Position numbers and translations under genes: made by a program | NCBI GenBank assembly: GCA_963705305.1 | Contig: OY970067.1 | Coordinates: forward strand, 5,248,001 to 5,312,000 | Length of the DNA stretch: 64,000 bases | Direction of reading: 5' to 3' | From: an uncultured Methylomirabilota bacterium | GTDB lineage: Bacteria > Methylomirabilota > Methylomirabilia > Methylomirabilales > 2-02-FULL-66-22 | Notes under the pieces: model-generated | Seen by the model: the letters and a program-made list of their open reading frames with translations, nothing else | Databases searched by the model: none | What the model was told of the DNA's origin: nothing | Shown: in pieces, positions 57,361-64,000 of the stretch | Layout: each line of letters starts with the position of its first letter | Numbering within the stretch: the stretch's first letter is position 1

Positions 57361-58278
57361 TCAGCGCGGCAGGCTGCGGATGGTCACACGCATCTCGTGC
57401 CGCCCGCCCGGCGGGAGGCTGATCGCGTTGTCGGCGGCGTTGCCGCTCTCGATGCAGAGCATTTCGCGCCACTCATCATCTGCAAGGTCGGGCAGCGCCC
57501 GGGCCTTCTCGATCCACGGGTTCCAGACCACCGTTGTCTCGGACCCCGTCTTCTCCACCAGGAGCCGCCGCCCCCAGACGGGGTCGTCGACGACGCAGGC
57601 GGCGCGCATCCCGGTGTAGACGCGGTCTGTCTCTCCCGCCAGGCGCAGGGCCTCCGGCTGCTGCGACTTTCTCCGCATCCCGTCGGTCTTGTCGATGAAG
57701 CCCGCGCCCGCCAGGCCGGTCACCGAGACCCGCCGGGCGTCGCCCACCGCCAGGTAGGTGTGCAGGGCTTCCTCAAAGCGGACCGGCTCTTCGGCAACAT
57801 TCTCCGCTTCCAGGCAGAGCTCCAGCACCGCGCCGATCACCACGCGGAACCGCAAGACATAGGCATGCGGCCAGGCCGGATGCGTGGCCGCAAAGGAGTC
57901 CAGACGGAGCGCCAGCGCTACGGCCCCGTCCGCCCCTTGCAGGGCCGACTCCATCCGCCACTCCGCCACCCGGGCAAAGCCGTGCATCGGGGCCGCGGGG
58001 TCGGCGGCGTTGGGCCCGAACCAGGGGAACACGATCGGGATGCCGCCGCGAATGGGGGCCCCCGGCTCGAACCGGCTCCGGCGGCTCAGGAACAGCACCG
58101 GCGGCTGGCCGTGCGGCCGGTAATGGGTCAGATGGGCCCCGTGGAGGTGGAGGACCGCCTCCGCCTGGGGCGTGGTCACGGTTATCCGCAGCAGGCGGTT
58201 CGGACCGACTCCGAACTCGACGGCGTCCGGGATCCCGTATTGCTCGCGCAGCAGGTCCAGGAGGTCGGAATCGCTCAT
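57361..58278 (-). CDS. D-hexose-6-phosphate mutarotase (YeaD-like)
   Basis: IRGGIPIVFPWFG, HGFAR, ALHTY, ETDRVY, VVWNPW, MLCIE. Confidence 0.92.
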   Translation of the reverse strand: MSDSDLLDLLREQYGIPDAVEFGVGPNRLLRITVTTPQAEAVLHLHGAHLTHYRPHGQPPVLFLSRRSRFEPGAPIRGGIPIVFPWFGPNAADPAAPMHGFARVAEWRMESALQGADGAVALALRLDSFAATHPAWPHAYVLRFRVVIGAVLELCLEAENVAEEPVRFEEALHTYLAVGDARRVSVTGLAGAGFIDKTDGMRRKSQQPEALRLAGETDRVYTGMRAACVVDDPVWGRRLLVEKTGSETTVVWNPWIEKARALPDLADDEWREMLCIESGNAADNAISLPPGGRHEMRVTIRSLPR

Positions 58279-58335
58279 GCTCTCCCCCGTGGCGGGCTCC
58301 GGCGCCCGCCGCCCAAGCGTCTTTGCCGGCGCCGC

Positions 58336-58692
58336 CTACGGCTGGATCCGCCGGTAGAGCACGTGGCGGCGATTCCCGGTGTAGGGCCGCACCTGGTCCG
58401 GCCAGCGACCCCGGTCAACCGCCTGGGCCCAGGCATCGCTGGTCAGCACCTCGGGGTCTTGCAGCTCGTACAGGGCGGTGTAGCGGGGCTCGTTCTCGAT
58501 CACGACCGTCTTCCGCTGCCCCCCGATGATCATGGTCAGCTCTTCCCGCTTGAAGCGGGCCACGGAGAGGATGCCCGGCACACCCAGCAGGAGGGGCACG
58601 TGCTCGGTGTCGTACACCTCGTTGAACAGAGCCTCCTTGTGCGGCTCGACATCCATGGATGCGGTGAAGAGATAGCGGGACTGGATCGCCAT
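58336..58692 (-). CDS. EthD/DUF4286-like small protein
   Basis: FNEVYDTEHVPLLLGVPG...YTALYEL; GGAGG RBS. Confidence 0.7.
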   Translation of the reverse strand: MAIQSRYLFTASMDVEPHKEALFNEVYDTEHVPLLLGVPGILSVARFKREELTMIIGGQRKTVVIENEPRYTALYELQDPEVLTSDAWAQAVDRGRWPDQVRPYTGNRRHVLYRRIQP

Positions 58693-58926
58693 GAGGACCC
58701 TCCTCCGGGTGAGATCGTAACGGAATCAGCCGGCTGCCACCCGCGGGTTTGCATCGAGCGGCACCCAGGCTCAGTCTATCATCTCGCGCCGCCGACGTGC
58801 CAGTCCGGACCGGGACCGGAGGAATTGAGAGCGGGAACAGATGCGCGCGGGAGGTTGATGTGGTACCCTATGCTGTTTCGGTGATCTGGAAGTTTCGACA
58901 GGCAAGATCCGGGAGGAGATCACACC

Positions 58927-59643
58927 ATGGAGAATTTTGGAGCGTTTGGAAGCTCAACGGCGCCGATGTCGCCGACGGCCGCGGCCGAGCGCATCTCGGC
59001 CTTCCTGCAGAAGGTGTACGCCTGGATGTGCGTCGGTCTGGCTGTCACCGCCCTGGTGGCGTACGCGGTGGCGGGATCGCCGGTGATGACCGGCTACCTG
59101 CTGGCCAATCCCTTCGTCGCCTTGGCGCTGATCCTGGGAGAGCTGGGCCTGGTGTTCTTCCTGGCCGCCAGAGCCGAGAAGCTGGCCCCCAGCACGGCCA
59201 CGGCACTGTTCGTGACGTATGCCGGGCTCAACGGGATCACGCTGTCCTTCGTGCTCTTGGCCTACACGGGCCAGTCGGTGACCAACACCTTCGTGGTGAC
59301 CGCGGGGATGTTCGGGGCCATGGCCCTTTACGGGACAACCACCAAGCGCAGCCTGGCGGGGTTCGGTCAGTTCCTCTTCATGGGGCTGATCGGTGTCATC
59401 TTGGCGTCCCTGGTGGGCCTCTTCTGGCATAACAGCGCACTCCAGTTCGTCATCTCGGCGGTGGGCGTGATCGTCTTCACCGGCCTGGCCGCCTGGGACG
59501 CGCAGCGGATGAAGCAGATGGCCCTGACGACACCCGAGGGACGGGTGGGCTCCATGGCCATCGTGGGCGCCCTCGCCCTCTACCTCGACTTCCTCAACCT
59601 GTTCCTGTTCCTGCTGCGCTTCCTCGGCAATCAGCGGGAATAA
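58927..59643 (+). CDS. Bax inhibitor-1/YccA family membrane protein
   Basis: FLQKVYAWM, YGTTTKRSL, AWDAQ, ALALYLDFLNLF. Confidence 0.92.
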   Translation: MENFGAFGSSTAPMSPTAAAERISAFLQKVYAWMCVGLAVTALVAYAVAGSPVMTGYLLANPFVALALILGELGLVFFLAARAEKLAPSTATALFVTYAGLNGITLSFVLLAYTGQSVTNTFVVTAGMFGAMALYGTTTKRSLAGFGQFLFMGLIGVILASLVGLFWHNSALQFVISAVGVIVFTGLAAWDAQRMKQMALTTPEGRVGSMAIVGALALYLDFLNLFLFLLRFLGNQRE

Positions 59644-59752
59644 CCCGGCAGGCGGGACACCCGGCGAAGGTGCCGGCTGACTCTCACGGTCGGGCGAAGA
59701 CCTTGGGCCCGCATCTGGTCGGTCTCGGAGTCTCGCCGACAAGGAGCCTCGC

Positions 59753-60499
59753 GTGCGACACAACCTCGCCAAAAAAAAGCTGGCAGCCGGGAAACCGATA
59801 ACCGTCGTCGCCCCCGGCTACACCTCCGCCGGTCTGGTGGAGCTGCTCGGCCGGATGGGCTTCGACGGCATCTTCCTCGACTGTGAGCACGGTCCGGCGG
59901 GATGGGAAGAGGTCGAGAACATGGTGCGCGCGGCCGAGTTGGTGGATGCCACCCCCATCATCCGCGTGCAGTCCAACGACCCCTCCACGATCACGCGGGC
60001 GCTCGACCGCGGGGCCGGGGGCGTCCAGGTCCCGCACATCAACACCCGCCAGCAGGCCGAGGCGGCGGTCCGGGCCGCCAAGTTCGCGCCGCTGGGACAC
60101 CGCGGCTACTCGGGGGGCCGGGCCGCCCTGGGGGTGAAGGAGAATTTCACCCAGCACGCCAATGACGAGACCATGGTGGTGGCGATGCTGGAAGAGGTCG
60201 AGGCGCTCAAGAACCTGGACGCCATCCTGACGGTCGAGCGCATCGACGCCTTCTTCATCGCGCCGGGCGACCTGGCGCAGTCCATGGGCCACCCGGGCCA
60301 GATGGATCACCCGGAGGTCCAGTCGGCAGTCGAGGATGCCGTGCGCCGCACCCGCGCCGCGGGCCGCGCGGCGGGTGTGCTGATCACCAATGCCGCCGGC
60401 GCCCGCCGCTGGCTGGACCTGGGCGCGCTCTTCTTCTACATCTCCCTGGCCAGTCTGCTCCAGCCGGGTGCGCGGGACTTTCTCTCGGCCTTCAAGTAA
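59753..60499 (+). CDS. HpcH/HpaI aldolase family protein
   Basis: FLDCEHG, LDRGAGGVQVPHI, KFAPLGHRG, APGDLAQSMG. Confidence 0.9.
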   Translation: MRHNLAKKKLAAGKPITVVAPGYTSAGLVELLGRMGFDGIFLDCEHGPAGWEEVENMVRAAELVDATPIIRVQSNDPSTITRALDRGAGGVQVPHINTRQQAEAAVRAAKFAPLGHRGYSGGRAALGVKENFTQHANDETMVVAMLEEVEALKNLDAILTVERIDAFFIAPGDLAQSMGHPGQMDHPEVQSAVEDAVRRTRAAGRAAGVLITNAAGARRWLDLGALFFYISLASLLQPGARDFLSAFK

Positions 60500-60560
60500 G
60501 GCGGTCGCCTCAAATGCGGGTCGAGGCGCCAAATCCATCTAGGCGCGGCACCCCGGTGCC

Positions 60561-60992
60561 TCACCCGCCATGCCTTTCCGGCCTGGCAGCCAGGGACGGC
60601 GGCGCGATCTCCGTGCTGGCCACGCGGGACCTCGTCCAGTACCTGGACAGTACCGGCACGTCGTAGGGGTTCCACGTCAGCACCCAGTCGATCCGGAGAG
60701 GACGCACCCGTGGAACCATTGCAGCGTCCAGGGCCACCATGGCCGTCTCGCCGGGGCGAACCTGCGAGGGGATTATCCCCACTTGCTGCGACCAGAGCCG
60801 GTGCCCACCCGCGGAGAAGACGGCCGTCAACTTCTCGATCCGCAAGGTGTCCACAGAATTGTTGACGACCTCGAACCGCCAGACCCCTTGGGTGGAGAGC
60901 TGGGGGATGGGCGTCACCCGGAGCTCGATAGCCAGCGCCGGGGTCGCCGCCATCAACACCAGAAGGGGCGGCAGCAGCCATCGGAGCTTCAT
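60561..60992 (-). CDS. Hypothetical secreted protein (beta-sandwich-like)
   Basis: Signal peptide MKLRWLLPPLLVLMAATPALA; AAGGAG upstream. Confidence 0.55.
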   Translation of the reverse strand: MKLRWLLPPLLVLMAATPALAIELRVTPIPQLSTQGVWRFEVVNNSVDTLRIEKLTAVFSAGGHRLWSQQVGIIPSQVRPGETAMVALDAAMVPRVRPLRIDWVLTWNPYDVPVLSRYWTRSRVASTEIAPPSLAARPERHGG

Positions 60993-61060
60993 TGCTCGAG
61001 ATCTCCTTCCGCTACAGATTCCAATGTTCACCGGAACCTCCCATGGATCCGGGACGGCGT

Positions 61061-61080
61061 GTGGATGTCCGGACATCCAC
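61061..61080. promoter_or_regulatory. Perfect 20-bp palindrome, candidate operator
   Basis: GTGGATGTCCGGACATCCAC in a divergent intergenic region. Confidence 0.5.
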
Positions 61081-61483
61081 GATTTCATCAACATAGCCTG
61101 GATGTGCCGGCCCACCGCCCTCTCGCCTGTGATACTGCGCAAGACGTGCCTGATTCGTGCGGACCACGGAAAATTTCGATAACCTGCCGAATCTACACGA
61201 CCGGCCGGCCCCCCGTCTGCCTTCGCGATGCATCATGGCGGCCCGCAGGACGGACGGGCCCGCCACACCGGATAGGCGAGCGGCGGGCTAACTTCTTGTT
61301 CTGAAGGCCGTGGGCCATCGTGGATACTTTCGGCCTGTAGGGGTCGAGAAGGATACAAGAAGCAGGCCGAGATTCTGACTTGACAATCGCCTCGCAGACG
61401 CGGCATGCTGAGCGGCGCCGGTTGGCGAAGCGTCGCCGGCGGAGGGTGGACCGGAGCCGTGACGCCCTCATGATCAAAACCCG

Positions 61484-62263
61484 ATGACCTCTGATTTCAC
61501 CCCTGCCACCATGCGCCTGCACAATAAAATCGCGTTGATCACCGGAGCCGCCGCCGGAATCGGGGCGGAAATCGCGAAACGGTTCGCGGCGGAGGGTGCC
61601 ACGGTCCTCATCGGGGACTTGAACGCCGTCGAAGCGGAACAGACCGCCGAACGCATCCGCAGCTCCGGCGGCAGTGCCCGCGCTGTCCCGCTCGACGTGA
61701 CCCGGGAGGAGAGCTGGCGGGAGGCCCTGGACGGGATCCGGGCCGCAGAGGGCCGGCTGGATGTCCTCGTCAACAACGCGGGAATCACCAAGCGGATCCC
61801 CATCATGGAGATGCCGCTCGAGGAGTTCGAGGCGATCATGGCGGTCAATGTCCGCGGGGTCTTTCTCGGGATCAAGCACACCTTACCCCTCATGAAGGCA
61901 AAGGGCGGCGGCTCCATCGTGAACATCTCGTCGATCTGCGGCCTGGTCGGGCACAAATTCACGAATGAAACGTACACGACGTCCAAGGGGGCCGTCACGC
62001 TGCTGACGAAGAGCGTGGCGGTCCGGCATGCCCGTGACAATATCCGGTGTAACTCGATTCATCCCGGAACGGTGGATACGCCGATGGTCCAGGAGCTGTT
62101 CAAGGATCCGGAGAAGAAGCGGGAGCGGCTGGACGAGGTGCCCCTCGGCCGGCTGGCCACCGCCCGGGACGTGGCCAACGCGGCCCTGTTCCTCGCCTCG
62201 GACGAAGCGGGCTTCATCACCGGTGCGGCCCTCCCCGTCGACGGAGGGCTGACGGCGTATTGA
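61484..62263 (+). CDS. Short-chain dehydrogenase/reductase
   Basis: TGAAAGIG, VNNAGI, NISS, YTTSK, HPG. Confidence 0.93.
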   Translation: MTSDFTPATMRLHNKIALITGAAAGIGAEIAKRFAAEGATVLIGDLNAVEAEQTAERIRSSGGSARAVPLDVTREESWREALDGIRAAEGRLDVLVNNAGITKRIPIMEMPLEEFEAIMAVNVRGVFLGIKHTLPLMKAKGGGSIVNISSICGLVGHKFTNETYTTSKGAVTLLTKSVAVRHARDNIRCNSIHPGTVDTPMVQELFKDPEKKRERLDEVPLGRLATARDVANAALFLASDEAGFITGAALPVDGGLTAY

Positions 62264-62489
62264 GGCGGATCGCCTGCCCTCGCGCCACGCGCGTAACGAG
62301 CCCTCCCCCGGCCATCCTCAGTGGTCTGCTTCATCGCCCTCGGGGCGGCGCCCGAGGATCCCGGAGGCAATCGAGAACGTCGGCCAGGGCACCCCTGCCG
62401 GGGGGCAGCAGGCAGAGCAACCGCTCATTGGTGGAAGACAGTGGAATGTGGACCTGGCCGCCGCACGGCTCGATAGCCTGCACACACCC

Positions 62490-63437
62490 ATGCTTGCCGT
62501 CCTGAACGTCACCACGCCCTTCTTCGCGCTCGTGCTGTGCGGCTATCTGGCCGCCCGGCATCGCATGCTGCCGGAAAACGCGGTACCCGCCCTCAACGGC
62601 TTCGTCCTGTATTTCGCGCTGCCCTGCATGCTGTTTCTCTTTACCGCCGGCAGGGCCTTCCGCGAGATCGTCAACCTGCCGGTGTTCCTGGCCTACATGG
62701 TGAGCGGGCTGGCGGCTTTCGCGATCTTCGCGGCCACGATCCATTTTGCGGCGGGCGAACGCGTGCGCGAGGCGGCCTTTGCAGCCCTCGCCGCGTCGTG
62801 GTCGAACTGGGGCTACATGGGCATCCCGCTGATACCGGCCATTCTGGGTCGGGCCGCCCTGGCCCCGCTGATCGCGGCGGGCATGGCCGATCTGCTGGTG
62901 GTCGTCTCGGCAGGACTGGCGCTGGCCTCGCTGGACGACCGGGGGGACGGCGGTGCCGCGGCAGCGCTCTCGGGCGCGCTGATCCACGTCGCCAAGAACC
63001 CGCTCGTCTGGGCGGTGATGGTGGGCGGGGCGTTCTCGGCCCTCCAGTGGCACCTGCCAGACGCCGTCGATCAGTTCACGCGACTGCTGGGCCAGGCAGC
63101 GGGACCGGTGGCGCTGTTCACCATCGGGTTGTCCCTGTATCGACCGGGCACTCGCGCCTGGCGGGCCGATGTGAGCCTGATCGCCGGCGCCAAGCTGCTC
63201 CTGCACCCGTGCCTGGCGGCCGTGGTGACGGTGTACCTGTTCGCCCTGACGCCGCTGGAAGTCCGCACGCTGGTGCTGAGCGCCGCGCTTCCCGTGGCCG
63301 GCACCGTGTTCCTGTTCGCCGAGCAGCAGGGCGCCAACGCGGAGCGCATCGCCGCCGCTATCCTCGTCTCCACCACCCTCGCCTTCGCGACCGTCTCCGC
63401 CCTCTGCTGGGCGTTCGGCCTCCGGCTGTCCGGCTGA
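62490..63437 (+). CDS. AEC (auxin efflux carrier) family transporter
   Basis: LNGFVLYFALP, SNWGYMGIP, KNPL, AKLLLHP, AALP. Confidence 0.9.
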   Translation: MLAVLNVTTPFFALVLCGYLAARHRMLPENAVPALNGFVLYFALPCMLFLFTAGRAFREIVNLPVFLAYMVSGLAAFAIFAATIHFAAGERVREAAFAALAASWSNWGYMGIPLIPAILGRAALAPLIAAGMADLLVVVSAGLALASLDDRGDGGAAAALSGALIHVAKNPLVWAVMVGGAFSALQWHLPDAVDQFTRLLGQAAGPVALFTIGLSLYRPGTRAWRADVSLIAGAKLLLHPCLAAVVTVYLFALTPLEVRTLVLSAALPVAGTVFLFAEQQGANAERIAAAILVSTTLAFATVSALCWAFGLRLSG

Positions 63438-63471
63438 GCGTCTCCGGACCCTTCTAGTCCACGGGAAAGCC

Positions 63472-63506
63472 GGGGATGGAAGGCGGCCGGCACACCCTCC
63501 ATCCCC
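63472..63506. terminator. Stem-loop between convergent genes
   Basis: ggggatgga...tccatcccc. Confidence 0.45.
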
Positions 63507-63555
63507 CGCACCGACACCCTGGAACAGCCGGCGCGGCAGCTATCCGCCAGGAGCG

Positions 63556-64000
63556 CTAGGGCGTGGTGAAGAAAGAGATCACCTCGTGCTGGAAGATGAG
63601 GTGACCCAGCTGCAAGTGCATCATGTGCCCGGCCTGGGGGACCACAACGTATTTCTTGTGCGGGTTCGGCAGCTGCTTGAAGAAGGGAAACAGGCCGTCG
63701 AGGTCGGCAACGTCGTCATACTCCCCGTGGATGATCATGATCGGGACGGGCATGAGCCGCGGATTGATCATGGGCATAATGGTGACCATATCCAGTTGAG
63801 GCCCGGTGGCCGTCCGCTTCTCCACCGCGGCGGCGGCCCGAGCATACGCATCCACCACATCCGGGTCGTTGGCGGAGGCGGGAGTCATCGAGTAGAAGCG
63901 CGGCTTCCACCCCGCCTCGGGGATGCTGATATACGAATTCTTGCGGAACACCTCGATGCGGGGGCGGCGCCGGGCGATGTCAGGGCTGTTCACGTGCATC
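63556..64000 (-). CDS. Alpha/beta hydrolase (5' truncated by window)
   Basis: VPIMIIHGEYD...VVPQAGH catalytic Asp/His region. Confidence 0.75.
   Translation of the reverse strand, partial: MHVNSPDIARRRPRIEVFRKNSYISIPEAGWKPRFYSMTPASANDPDVVDAYARAAAAVEKRTATGPQLDMVTIMPMINPRLMPVPIMIIHGEYDDVADLDGLFPFFKQLPNPHKKYVVVPQAGHMMHLQLGHLIFQHEVISFFTTP

Overview
GC-rich bacterial chromosomal segment with no rRNA, tRNA, CRISPR array or intact transposase visible. The gene style suggests Ca. Methylomirabilota (NC10/Rokubacteria) or a deltaproteobacterium, but this is only an impression. In order: DUF748 protein, hutI, ChaN-PDZ, aldo/keto reductase, OsmC, cysE-cysK; a CinA/NadD-like protein; decayed cytochrome c and MFS genes; a FadR-led catabolic cluster (E1a/E1b/E2, lipB, two LarA-superfamily paralogs, cupin, HpcH aldolase, PfpI, 2-hydroxyacid dehydrogenase); a small radC-remnant/vapBC islet; a glycerol-phosphate regulon (glpP, glpD, glpQ, two ugpBAE modules, glpK, methyltransferase); a liv-type ABC system; yebC-ruvCAB-DUF2905-spoIID-queA-tgt-yajC; a MITE; a 10-gene complex-I/Mrp-like group 4 [NiFe] hydrogenase operon; and several singletons. 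Most notable: (1) the hydrogenase with a near complex-I subunit set and intact Ni ligands, (2) the twin-LarA catabolic pathway, (3) two parallel leaders sharing a 22-nt motif, a candidate GlpP antitermination system, (4) a poly-G tract truncating the antitoxin, and (5) an apparent ATT start codon.
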